Assembly (NCBI RefSeq): GCF_032062105.1
Contig: NW_026925910.1
Coordinates: 62,001-126,000 of the forward strand
DNA length: 64,000 nucleotides
Direction of reading: 5' to 3'
Source: Saccostrea cucullata
Lineage: Eukaryota
The first letter of the stretch is position 1, and every line of letters starts with the position of its first letter. The notes under the pieces were generated by a model. The model had not been told where the DNA came from, ran no database searches, and worked only from the letters and a program-made list of their open reading frames with translations. A program made the translations under genes and the position numbers. This document shows positions 50,962-64,000 of this stretch, piece after piece.

Positions 50962-53900
50962 TTTAAAGTCTGTAGATAGTCGTAGGAAAGTGTATCAGCA
51001 TTATTTGAGCAGTTTATTACTAATCATGGCACTAACAATCATCAATGTTGGCAAATGAACACAATTCTTTCTCCTTTCCAACATCAATTTTATCCTTTCT
51101 GTCCTCCCTGTTACTTCGTGTTATATTTTTCTCGCTGGTTTATTCTGAAATTTTTAAATACATGTATATTTTCCTTGGACAGTTCAGATTATGTGTATTT
51201 CTATGAGTGTATGTTATTTCAGTTTAAATTCTTTTAAACTTGTTACTACATTTTCCCACACATCTAAAGATTTTGTCAATATGCAAAGTTGCATTGATCA
51301 GATGCATTGTTAAATAAAATCAGTCTATGCATTATCATAGATTTGTTTATATCAAATTGTTAGTGATTGTTATAAGATATTGCTGTTTATTACTGTTATC
51401 ATTTCTAACAATAGATAAAAATCAAAGTTGACAAAGCGATTCTTTAAAGTATTATTATGAGTTTATGATTATTATCATAGTTACCAGGTAAGAAAAAAAT
51501 ACACTGAAGAGATAAACATGTGCAGGTTGTATTTGTTATTACTGGACATTATTACTGCTTTTAGAAGCCCTGCTTTATCATACATACATTGTATATTGAA
51601 AACTGATCTGTACAGTGTTGGTTCTAATTTATTAATTTATTGGAGTGATGATGAATGAATGTCACTGTATTATAAACGTATGAGAGCATAGAGCATTTAT
51701 AGCTGTTGGTAGGCCATGTAGAACAGCACTTTTACAGGAACAAGCAATCTGTGATACATTATTTAAGGCACAGTTTGAGCTTTACTATTGTTTTTACGTG
51801 CACAAAGAGGTTTAAATATTGAGATATTCTCTGATTTTATTTATTGTACTGGAAGATAAAAGAAATATTCATATACATTTGATGTGTGAATGATATGATA
51901 AATAGATGAAAGAAAAATGTTTTTTTGAATTGTTTGAAATGGCCCCGGAGTAATTCAGAAATGTTTATTGACTTCATTCTTATCAACAGAATGAAATCTT
52001 GTTGTTTTGGTTTAATGTAAGATTTCATGTGCTTCCTTTTATTACTTAAATTCTTTTTACACTTTTTAAAGTACATGTACAACTTTGTATAAAGCATGTA
52101 ATGTAGTTCAGGATTAACAAAATCTAATGTGTCTTGTTTTGACACATTTTTGTCATGGTTACACAGTTTTTTGAGCACTAAAGTGAAGATATTTTACATC
52201 AGAACAAATTTTATACCATGGATTTTGTTTTATCAGGTGTTTTGGTGTTTTACTCATTTTACAAAATATTTTCATATTTTTTGTTAATTTAAGTCCTTCA
52301 TTTTAAAGTATTTGATTGATATTGGCACATAATGGCATTTATTGTTGAACAGTTTGCCCTTCTTGCTAGCTTTTTTATGTACATTGAATTCTTTGGGTAT
52401 ATTTGCTTTTCCATCTATATTAAAAAAGTTATTGTGATCAGTGCTTTACTCATAAGTTTATTTCTTTGATGATAAATTTGTCCTCCAATTTTATTTGTAC
52501 ATACAGTATATCCATTTTTTGTCCTGAATGTGACATTTGACACAAACCGTCCATTTGTTTTGTTTTTTCATGTTTAGTCATTTTACCTTTGTGCACCTAT
52601 GTATTTAATGTTTATTTTGTTGCATTCTTTTGTGTTCATTCTTAAGAGGTCATGAATATGTTTCCCTATAAAAATTCACTAAATGAAGTTTTCTCTCTTG
52701 CATACTTAATGATACTTTATAGATATATTCTTAAATGCATTGTATTTTAGCTTTGGTTTTAAAGTAAATCCGAGACTGTAGAATTTATATTTTATGGTTC
52801 TTTTTTGGGGGGCATTGGGGGGGGGATTAATTATTTATTCTCTTTATTTGTAATGTGGGTACAAGGAGAATATTCCTTTCTGTTATAAATGTGTTTAATC
52901 ATACCTTCATGTCAAATGAAAATGTAAATAAATGTTAATTGTATACACCTATTTCAAACATTTAAAAAGTCACTTTTTCAGTTTTCTTGATTTAGTTCTC
53001 AAGATTGTTTGGCAATACACTTACATGTATACGTTTTTGAAAAGGAGAAAAAGAAAAACATATAACTTGAGCAATATCTTGTTTAAAAAAGAGAGAGGTC
53101 GATAAAAAAGAACTTTGCATCATTTATGACGATATAGAGATTTCATTAGATATAATACAAGCTATTGTTGCTTTGAATTAATTTTATGTACATTAGTTTT
53201 ATGACAAACTGTATTTTAGCATTTTTTAAGGATCACATTTACGTATTTATAGATAGTAAATCAGTGAAAGATTTGTTGATTAGAGTTTACTATGTATCCC
53301 ATTAAAACAAGTTCAGGGGATGTACAAGAATGAACATATCTCTATGATTGCTCTACTTCATATTACATTTGTTGTCTGAAACATCAGGTCATTAAATACA
53401 TGTGCAAAGATTTCTCTTGGAAAGGGTGTCCTAGGTCAAGGTCAATGTGATGAAGGCAGGAAGACCAGCATTGCTAAAAATTAAGAAAGAAAAAAATCTG
53501 TGTTTTCCAAAAGTTCATACTTGATACAACAGAAGGTACATAAATTAGCCAGAGATGGATTATAGACATGAAGTAAGGTCATTGGGAAAGGTCAGAGGGA
53601 TTGGGTAAGGTTAAACAAGGTCAAAAGGAGAAGTAAAGTCATTGGGCAAGGTCAGAGGGATTGGGCAAGGTTGACCTTGGATTGGGTAAGGTTTACCAAG
53701 GTCAAAAAGAATTGGCAAGGTCAAAAGGAAAGAGAGTAAAATTGTTATGCAGATCATTACTTGGTAAAAGTTTGTGTTTACTTGACCATCTGTATATAAT
53801 AAACATGTATTAATGACACTGAATCAATGTCAAGGAAACTGGAAATGTGGTCTTGTCACAATGCAAGAACTAAAGATGACTCTCCTTAATAAGGTCAGAG

Positions 53901-54774
53901 TGATATGTCATTACTTAATATTTGTGTGAAATATTTGAGTTTTTATTTACTGTACATTGTTTTCAGTGCATGTATGGTACTGATCCAGTTTTTTTATTTT
54001 GTTTCAGTTAAAAAGAAGGGGGGGGGGGTATGAGCATGGAATACTAACAAATATTGAAGTCTCTCAGCAAAACATGGATAATGGGTACATGTATATTGTA
54101 CATATATCAAATTGTGAATATTTTTACACTGCTCTGAATAGAGTTATGATTGTTACTCTCTTAGATTGAATAATAATTATTCACTTGCCTTTATTAAATA
54201 CAGTCATAAAATTTTTTGATTTTATTTTATATGTATGAGACCAGAAAAAGATTAATAAATCTAGAAAATGGTTTACAATGAACATATTCGATGGAAATTA
54301 CCTAGAGATATGAATAGAAACTTTTTTTGTACAATCACTGCCAATTTCAACCAAACTTGGGATAGAGCATCCTTTCAAAAAAAGATTCAACAATATAAAT
54401 AAAGGGCCTTGCCCCTTCCAAGGGGATTTATTAAGAACTTGGAAAAACATGGGATGAGGAAAATAAAAAAAAAAATTCAGAACCACTTTTCCAGAAAAGA
54501 CAAAACCCTATGAAACACTGATAGTATAGATTCAGATTTATTCTTTAACTAATATCTACTGAATAAGATTGGGTCCATAAAAGAGAATCAAGATTTTAAT
54601 AAAAAAAAAATCCTCCAAAACAGAAAGAGCCTGTTATTGAAAATAAAGAATCCCTATGTTGTGTGGATTCAAGTTTGGTAAATTCATGTCCAGCGGGCTA
54701 TGGTTGAGTCATGATATCAAAGTTTTTCAAAGTAATAGAGGGAAAATCTACTTAAAAGAACAGCTAAGCCAAGG

Positions 54775-55050
54775 TGATTTGATTGATTTTATGTAATTGT
54801 TTTATGCCCTGTTTGAGAATTTTTTATTCATATAGAGATAGCTCAATATTATACCGGTGAAGGGCTTCAAATTTAGACCTTTACTAAGCATTCAGGACTG
54901 TTGAGCAGTGAGGGTACTTTATCGTGCCAACACCTACCATGACACAGGGCCTCTGTTTTTAAGGTCTCATCTGAAAGACATGCAACTTTCATTTTGAAGT
55001 GCTAAGGGCTTGGCAAAGAAACAGTTGCTTCCCATTTTTTATCAACCGAG
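54775..55050. mobile_element. Degenerate SINE-like repeat
   Basis: (TTGA)n edge and a body resembling mollusc SINEs (from memory, not searched). Confidence 0.4.
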
Positions 55051-55319
55051 GTGATTTGTAAGAGTGTTGTAGCATTATTGAGCCCCTTATATGTTTGATT
55101 TATGTCTCAAGAATGTTTTACTCACATGGGGAAATTGGAAGGCTATTTTAGATGTACCTTGCACTTACTGTCATTACTTGAGCTGTGAATTAAGGAACAC
55201 CTTCTGTACATGCAACATTGGTTAAAGCTGTCTTATTAAGAGGAAGCTAATAGCAATAATCTCCACATCCTACAGGGCCTTTGTATCAATTTGATCTTGG
55301 TCTTAAGCTTGTCATTTTC

Positions 55320-56220
55320 CCTATAAAAAAGATGGGGGGGGTGTACAGAAGTCACTGTCTATCATTTCATCCGCATAGCTGTCCATACAATCGTAAGCTT
55401 GTCCGGGCTATAACTTCAAACAGAGAATCATTAGAATCTCATTTTTATATAAAATTTGCTTATTACATGTACTTGAAACTGTGTCATGACCTTGACCCAG
55501 TCTATAGCAAGTTTGAGGTCACTGGCAGAAAAGGATATAACTTAGCAGCAGAGAATCATAGTAAGGTCATATTTAGCACACTGTCAGACCTTTTCATGGT
55601 CAGAAAGTGTCTCATGACTCATTGTAAAGCCATTATGGCAAGTTAAGTTTAAAAAGTATCAAATTCCAGTCGGAGCAATAACATTTCATTGGAAGGTCAT
55701 TTTGGTACAGATATTGTTTAAAACCAGTGGGTATGAAATGACCTTGACAAAAGGTCATCTGGTGAGTTCAAAGTCACCCATAAAAGAATAATAAGATTTG
55801 TACAGGCTATATCTTTATAAAGAAGATTTAATTGAAGCCGATACTGGCACAGAAATTGTTTACATCTGAAGGAGACACAGGACATTTTGGTAAGTTCAAA
55901 GTTACTGACAAAAGAGAAAATTCTTGTCTCGGCTATACCTTTACAGTGGAGAATCATTGGAAGCTCATACATGTATACTTATGAACAAATAGTTTAAATA
56001 CATGTACTTCAGGCTGTGTCATGACCTTGATTCAAAGTCTTTCTTGCAAGTTCCAAGTTACTGGCAGTAAAAGTGTGAAATTCTTATCCCAGCTTTACTT
56101 TAGCAATGGCGAATCACTACAAGCTCATATTAGGTACTAAGATCATATATGACATGGTGTGTCACAAATTGCTCACGGTCATTCTGGCAAGTGAAAGGTC
56201 ACTGGTAAAAAAAAAAGTGT
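55320..56220 (+). mobile_element. Old HINE-like remnant with decayed gtgtcatgaccttgac units
   Basis: Repeated motif related to the reverse complement of the 146-bp units at 27003-27720. Confidence 0.5.
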
Positions 56221-58774
56221 AAAATTTATGATAAGTCTACTATTTTCATTTCAAGTCTACCTCTCATTAATAATGGGACAAATCGAATCTCAATCGCATT
56301 CATTAGAAAACATTCCTGCTTCTCATGGCAATTTCACTCATAGAAATGAATTCAAAGATAAGAGTGAGTATATTTTTTTAATTTGCTGGACATTTAATAT
56401 TGACATAAAATTAATCTATGGTAGATTTTCATGTCAGAATTACACAACATGCTGTACAAGAGATGACAGTTTATACATAGCTGCAAGACAAATAATCAAC
56501 AAACTCTATATACCTGATACTTGTACACTTTCAGATGTGCATTCATAATTTTCTATGCTTAACTTTATCTAAAACAACAAATATTTTTGAGAGGAATATT
56601 AACTTGTACTAGTCTATATGAAATGAAGTAATTAATTTGACAGAAAACAATTTATTACAAGTACATTGTAATACATTGCAGGTACATGTACTTGTATGTA
56701 TAATCTTTTTCATACATGTAACTTGTTGGTGATAAAGCTCTACAAATAATGGCAGTTTCCTTTGAGAAGCTGATGACATATTGTACATTTACAGTATTGA
56801 CATTCAGTTTCTATATCAGATGATAGTGATGGAGAAATTATATTGGTTGACAAGGGTTTTCAGTGTAAATAACAGGTAAAACATAATGACATCACCAAAT
56901 AAAATAAAATTCATGAAAATTATGCCTTAATTTAGTTGATATTACATACTCTATGCACTTTTTTTCTATTCTTAATTTATTCATATTGACCTATATAAAG
57001 AACTTCCCAAAAAATATACAGAGGCAACTTGGACACAATGATAAATTAAAATGTAAGACAGTTCAGTAGAAATCAGTGGTTAAAGCATACAAGGAGAATA
57101 TTAACTACAGTGTATTCTGAATCATTTAGTTTGTAGGAGTCAATGTTCAAAGGTAAGCAATATTTTGTTGGTTCATAGGGACATAATTTCATTGGTCACT
57201 TGCATATTCAGACAATGCAATGAATAAATTTAATGACAAAAAATTGTTTGTGGGGATCTCAATTCAAAAATAAGGGTGACCCACAGACTCTACAAACATT
57301 GGTCCCCCATGAACAAAGATGATTCCAAAGTAGTTCAAAGAAATGACTAGAAACAAAATATCTATGGCAAATAGCACCTAACTTAACCTTAACCTTTGAA
57401 AAAAATATGAAAAATACTGATGAACCTTTTAAACATCATCATACATGTAAATATTAATTGGATTTTGTTTTGAAAGCTTTGATGTGTAGCACTAGTACAT
57501 TGTAAAAACAATACATGCATCTGTAAAGATGTTTGACAATGTTTTAAAAATCAAATTGGATTTTTTTTCAAAAAATCTCATGTAGTTTATACATGAATTA
57601 AGTGAATTCATCAATTGTAGAAACACATGGATATACCCAATATGGGTTAAAAGCAAGACCCATTTTACCAGGGACTTCCTGGTGAGTATGGAGGTTGCCA
57701 ATTACGTAGAATATTATGTACCAACTGACATTTATCATCTTCAAATCCGCTGAGAAATTTAGTGATAAATAAGAATTAGCATGAATAAGGTACATGTACT
57801 TAATGATCAGGCAGTTTAGTTTGATTGCTGGATGTTTATATATTTTATTTCTCTGTAGCCAGTTATTATCAGAATCAAGTAGTGACTATACAATTTCTTC
57901 TAGGATTACACTGATGTGCAATTTCCAAGCAAGACCATTGAGTGACATTTAGACTTTTTGTACTTTCTCAATATACAGCCTTTATTTCATATTTCAATAA
58001 TTCTGATTTAAGTTTAAGTTTTGGACATGTAGAAAAATGAAACTAAGAGCAAACTGACATGAGAAAATTGGCAGTTATGCATCAAACAGTTTAATGCAAA
58101 CAAACTTATTACTTTTTTTTCTCAAAAAGACTGTTTCAATGTACTTAGCTGAAGTGATACTGTATCTACCATGAATATATATATTTTTTCTGACAAGTAT
58201 GACAAGTAGTTATTTTACATTAGGCAATAAAATGCAATTCACATGCAGGTATTAATTGGCAATGGTATTGATCAACATGACAGGCAAATATTGAAAATTT
58301 ATATTGATTTTACATTGAAGATTTTGTCAATTTAGCCTTCTAAGAGCAAATTAATGAGATTTGATTCCTAACTTAATTTATGCAAACAAAGATATCCCAC
58401 TGCCTCTTGTAAAGCTGAATTTTGTCCCATCCCCAATTGCACCCCCCCCCCCTTCAAAGAAAATTGTCTTCAATATTCAAATGCAGAAAAACTTGCAGAC
58501 ACCTAACAGGATTTGAATATAAAACAAGTATGGTGGAAATCAATAAATGACTAGAATTTTAAGAAGCAAAAGTTTTGGTGATTTGCTTTTTAAAGTTACT
58601 CATCTTTAAAACTTTGATGTATTATATGTATTTGTACCTCTAAGAATACTCCAGCATGCTGAAGGTTCACAACAAGACTTTTTGGACTTGGCACCACATA
58701 TAAGGAGGGTAGATACGTTTACCGAGGCTCTTACTTGCAGGAGTACTCCAAGAACAAAGAGTACCAGGTAAAAT

Positions 58775-59392
58775 AATCACACACTATATAAATGGTGCCT
58801 GTTTTGGAGGGTAACAGCTGAAATTGACACCCCAAGGAAAACCATTGTCAACCATTGTCATTGTCGTTGACAATGGTTTTCCGAGTGGTGTCAATTCCAA
58901 CTGTTATCCATCAAAACAGGCACCATTTATTTTATTATACTGAATGTCTTATTGATTTAGGACGTCAGCAAAAAAAAAAAAAAACCGTCTATCGTCTTTT
59001 CGTTCATGTATAGAAAGCTTTCACACTCACCGGTTCACTAATCTCCTTATTGTTTGTTTGATACTTGAATTAGAGTCATTTATCATACAAAGTTTCGTTA
59101 TTTCTGACTCGCAAGCATGTTTCCTACACTCGCAAGCAACTATCGTCTGTCGTTTGTTGTTTTCAAGTAAGCTATATCGGACGCAAGCTTTTCTTGACGT
59201 AAGGTTCTTTCAAACGCGCAACTGACGTTTTGAGAATTCTACGGTGAACCGTACGCGCATAATTTCCACGCATGTGGCATTACCGTTGTGTTACCCGTTG
59301 TCACGTGTGTTGCTAAGGCTCAGGGTAATCGAACGGATTGTTAACTGCGTCTAAACCAATCAGATTTTAGTATTTAACATGAAAGTATAATA
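58775..59392. mobile_element. Non-autonomous element with long internal hairpin (possibly Crypton-like)
   Basis: ~65-bp inverted arms 58788-58853 / 58866-58930; TTATTATACT / AGTATAATAA inverted pair; CpG-rich body. Confidence 0.55.
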
Positions 59393-59898
59393 AACTAAAA
59401 TGATACATTTGACAATGCTTGCACCAAGCTAACCATGTTTCACATTATAACAATTAATAATAGCTTAACATTAAAAGCACTTTTGATACATGGCACAATT
59501 CGCTACTGGAAATGTAATGGACATGAGCTACATTAGCCGCCTACAAAATCTGAATGTTTGCTTTGCAAGAGATCTGTAAGATTTGCATATGGGACACAAC
59601 AAACATTAAAATAGCACATCTTTCATTAAAATTTAAAGACATGCAGTGGATAACAATACATAGAAATTTCTTTGATAATTATAATCAACAGAAAAAAACA
59701 TGCATCAGAACACCTTATAATGACAGGCATTCTGATATATTCTTTTTTCGTAACAAACCAGACTTTAATAACAACGAATTCCTTGAACAGTTTTAACAGG
59801 TTCAACTTAAATATCTCAACATTAAATAACAGTGGCTGACAAATGTATGGGTATACTAGCTATAAAGGCAAACATTTGTCAGCAGTCTCAACAACCCA

Positions 59899-62800
59899 CT
59901 AAGAGTTGACAACAGCTGTGGGCAGAGGGCTATTCTGTATTGTGACCTGCGACCTTTCACCTCTGGTGTCATCCATGTGGAAACTGATCACCTCTGCAAC
60001 CTGGCTTTCACATGGTTGTCCAAGACTTCCTTGAGATATCCCTTGGTTTTCATTTTTAGTGTCTGTCTGAAGATAACAAGGATCTTCACCAGTAACCTCA
60101 TCATCACCACATCCGTCCTTCACTTCATCTTCACTCACTAAAGTTTTTTCCTCTTTTCCGGAGGAGTTAGAAATATCTTCATCTAAGGATTGCTCTTCTA
60201 CCTCCTTTCTGTCAAAGTCACTAGATTGATCAAAGTCTACAGAGTTCTCCGGTGAGAGATCCCTGTAAGTACTGCCAGCAACACTCACATTACTTATCAT
60301 ATCAAGATTCACAACCTCTTTCTGACTAGCATCTTCCACACCTCCCAAAGGAATCTGATTCCCAACCCCAACAAGGACTTCATCACAACCTTTTTCTAGA
60401 TAATTATTTTGTTCTTCATCAGTCAAATGAACACTATTATCCCCAGGTGGAGAATTTTCCTGATGGACAGATGGATTAGTGAGTGGGTCCACACCCTGTC
60501 TGTCTGTCTGCTTATCTGTAACAGTGTCATTTGGTTTAATGTCCTCTGCACCTTCTCCCACACTTTCCTGAATATATACATTTTCCTCCTGGTTATTTAA
60601 TTTTGCTTCTCGTATGTCTGAAGTGTTATTGTTATTTTCACTGTCAACATTTTCACTCTGTTTTTTAATTCCTGTAAAGTTAGTCCCCTCTTCTGATTTA
60701 CTTTGTTTGGTCTCGTCAATAGGATCAGCCTTTGAACTTTCCTCTTTTTTGTTGATTGTAGTATCAACAAGTTCATTTCCTAAACACAACAGTTTTTTAA
60801 ATGGTTATATTAAGATGACTTATTAAAAAAAAAAGCAGTAATAAAGAATCTTCACAAATTGCTCAATGCAACTCTGTTGCAACAAAATTTTTTAGCAATC
60901 TATTTATTATAATGGATTAGAACAGGTTCTTCATGTACATAATAAATCATGACCTTTTTCATGGCCAACCTATTTCTTCAAGTCCATGAATTGTACAGAC
61001 TAAAACATTTCAAATAAAATATTTTCTACTACTATTAAACTTTATGTGCTTCCACAGTACACAGTACTTACTTTTCTGCTCTGTGGTAACAGGCATTAGG
61101 TGTGTTATGGAGTGCTTTCTGGCTTTCCTTTTTCTGCTGCCCACAACTGGCTCAGAAGGAAGATCCTCTGCTTTTACTTTCAGATGAGGTGGTATGATCA
61201 ACTTTATTTCAGGTGCTAAAAAATAACATTTTTTATTTTATTTGAAAGCTAGGGAATACTTTTTTAAAGTAGACACCAATTACCTCTCCTATGAGATAAA
61301 CTTCTAACTCCTGTTTCTTTAACTTAACTTATTTTAAACTCTTTACCAGCATTCCAGCAAACAGAAAACACTGATTTCAATCATTTCTGCAGCTTTTTAA
61401 AAATAAAGTACATTTTGGAGAGAAAAAAAATCATCTCTTTTTGCAATCACACAGTCACTGTTCCCAGAGACTTGTCATGAAACAAGTCCCAGTCATTGCA
61501 TCTACATACTAAAATTACTGCCAATGCTCCTACATACCAGAGTTACTGTCACTGCTTATAGAGGAAGTACGGCTTTCTGATGTGGTCCTCGGTTTTGGAG
61601 CTGTCTTCTTTGGTTTAGCTACCTTCTCTAAAGAGCAGGCAGGAAGAGTGGCTATGTGGGCTTCCAAGTCAAAATCCCTACCAAAATTTACACAGCAAAT
61701 ATACAAAAAAGAAGGCAATAAAAAAAACTTGTCAAACCTTTCAAAAACTGTTTTGAACTTCCAAAGCTTTTTAAAAAATTTATTTGAAGTATTTACCCGG
61801 TTTTGTATCTGCTACTGTCTTCTAGGCGGATCTTCTCAGACTCTGATTGTGTTCTCTTCCTAATTTGTCTAGGATAAACAGACAGAACGTCAAACCGCAG
61901 GTGCTCTCTTGGATTCAGATTTATCTGCTCCTCTTCCCTGAATTCACTGCAATGGAAATAATTACTGCTTATTAAATTACATTTTTGAAATCAATCAAAT
62001 CATTTAGCAGTAGATTAAATTATTCTTGGACATCTTGGGAGATACATGTAAAAATGTTCCCATATAGAATAAATCTCCACACCTGTCTCTCTGTAAAGTC
62101 ATCTGCTCCTCTCTGGCTGCCTCCTCCGGTGACTTGGTGATGGTTTGCCTGTCTTTAGAGGGCTGTATGATCCCTTCGTTAATCAGCTCCTGATATCGCT
62201 GCCCTCTATTCCGACGTTTGGACTTCCTCACAGGCTGAAGGTCATTTTCTCCTTCATCATCCATTACATCACTGCTTGAATCCCCGGCCTTCTTGTAATA
62301 AGGATTCACAAAAGGCTGCAAGGTGCTCATTTCTGGTGTGTCTTTAAAACCTTCAGAATAACACCTTTTTCTTTTATATCCAGACCATGCTGACATCTCA
62401 TTCTTCATCATATCAGAGTCATTCAGCATAGCAGACCTTCTAGGATCCATCCATGAACTCTTAGCTGGATCCACCCCAGACCCCAGACACATCTGTTGAT
62501 TAAGAAGCAACTTCCTCTCCATTTCATCCCTAGATACAGAGAGGTCATGGAGAAGTGACCTTTCCCTCTGTTTATCTGTCAGCATGGTAAACTGTCCACT
62601 CCTTTGTTCCACTAGTGAATTGTCTGATTTTGAGTAATACAGCTGATCAATGATAGAGTCCATGACCATTTTTCCACAAGCTACAACAGTATTTTTGTCC
62701 TCTTTCTCTGGGCTGTGTTCCTGGTCTGATCCACTCACATGCTGAGTTTGTTGAGGTAACATTCTACCAGTCTCCATATTGGTCATCTGTAAAACAAGAA

Positions 62801-63767
62801 ATTCTATTCTATAGTATTCCAATGTATGAAATTAATGTTTAACTTTCTAAGGTCCCTGCATCTAATATTAGATGTTGTACATAATAAAGTCACCAATAAA
62901 TTATATGTCCAACGATATGACGCTTAGTGCAAACTAAACCAATTTAAATGAGAGCAATAAGGCTGGTTTGATTTCAATAATAAAACAGTTGTCATGACTC
63001 ACAATGATACAAATATTACATATCCTTTATATCTGTAAATCTATAGGAATTGAGCATTCCACAACAACTATTAATGTCATAGATGGAGGAATTGCAAGAT
63101 GGACTTTCGTCAGATTAAATCATTAATTCTTATATGTCTAGACCATTTTCTCTGCATTGAAAAAAATTATGGTAATTTTTAATGTCTAGACCATTTACTC
63201 TGCATTAAAAAATGTCTAGACCATTTACTCTGCATTAAAAAAGTTATGTCAATTTTTAAAGCAAGGGGTGGACAATCCTCTGGCTTTACAACTTTGACTA
63301 ACCTTTTCTCTGGTAGGCTGCACTGCTGGGATTACAGTGGTTGGTTTGGATGGATTTTGTTGACCAGCCATAAATAACAGACTCAACCCACCCATGTCAG
63401 AAGGATCTAAAGGAACAAAATCACATATTAATTTGTGCTAGTTCTTTTCATTTCTTGTCATCTAATACCTCAGTCAAAACCAAATCTTGACATTTTTTTC
63501 ATATGAATTTTTGAATTGCCTATTATGTTTATTTTCTAAAATGAGAAATTCTTTTTATATACATAATCTCCTAAAAAATAAGTGTACCCCTATATTTCTA
63601 CCTGCTAACTTCCCAGGAGTAATTGACTGGTCAGCTCTTGAAAAGTCAAAGTTTTCATGTCCCATGCCTTTTGTTGGGGACCTTGGTAGCAGGCCAGCGG
63701 GGTGCATTCCTTTCTCTGGGTTGTGCCATTTATAATCAGGGTTGGCTTTCATAAAGGCATCCTTATA
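59899..63767 (-). CDS. BBX: HMG-box transcription factor BBX, 3' exons (approx. 63602-63767, 63303-63406, 62083-62786, 61797-61947, 61538-61677, 61071-61216, 59899-60779); gene continues beyond the right edge
   Basis: End of HMG box YKDAFMKANPDYKW, DPSDMGGLSLLFMAG (BBX: DPTQMGGLSMLLLAG), GSRKRKARKHSITHL (BBX: GSQKRKARKTKITHL). Confidence 0.88.
63135..63245 (+). repeat. Short tandem repeat (tgtctagaccatttactctgcattaaaaa) x3
   Basis: Seen directly. Confidence 0.8.
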
Positions 63768-63894
63768 CTGAAAATTAATTTTTGAAATCATTATGCAAAA
63801 TTATTTCTAAAACATAACTGGAAAAGCTCTAAAAATGTAATATAAATATTATACATATATTACCTACATGGCTTTGAGGGCAGCATACCAGAAT

Positions 63895-64000
63895 TTCTGC
63901 CCCAAAGTGACAGGAAAGCCCTGGAGTGTTATGTTGCCCGATGCCGTAGGCAGAGGGCAACATAACACTCCAGGGCCTTTTCTGTAACCGAGGGGCAAAC
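63895..64000. repeat. Hairpin at the start of another palindromic element
   Basis: GCCCTGGAGTGTTATGTTGCCC / GGGCAACATAACACTCCAGGGC, perfect 22-bp arms. Confidence 0.7.

Noticed and set aside
51837-57795. Assorted short ORFs between USP2 and BBX
   Set aside because: AT-rich UTR/intergenic sequence and decayed repeats; no coding signature.

Overview
AT-rich eukaryotic DNA with many introns. The repeat content (Helentron/HINE elements carrying ~166-bp satellite-like units, mariner/Kolobok/Harbinger MITEs, tRNA-derived SINEs) points to a bivalve, probably an oyster (inference). Seven protein-coding genes were reconstructed by hand from splice signals and translations. In order: MRRF (-, 5' part), an intronless small heat-shock protein (+), RBM18 (+), a divergent 19-coding-exon STAT of ~1115 aa (-), TEN1 (-), USP2 (+) and the 3' part of BBX (-). 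The most unusual structure is the 9.5-kb STAT intron at 20080-29590, a four-level nest of seven transposons. At its core, an EnSpm/CMC-like element has inserted in reverse orientation into a copy of itself. This creates a 1923-bp inverted repeat with a 125-bp spacer and 14 CACGTG E-boxes, i.e. a potential long dsRNA hairpin inside an immune-signalling pre-mRNA. Other highlights are a U12-type intron and a C-terminal PTS1 (-SRL) in USP2, a related EnSpm-like element ending 8 nt before the RBM18 ATG, and the head-to-head MRRF/RBM18 pair also found in human. All gene identities come from recalled family motifs, not database searches.
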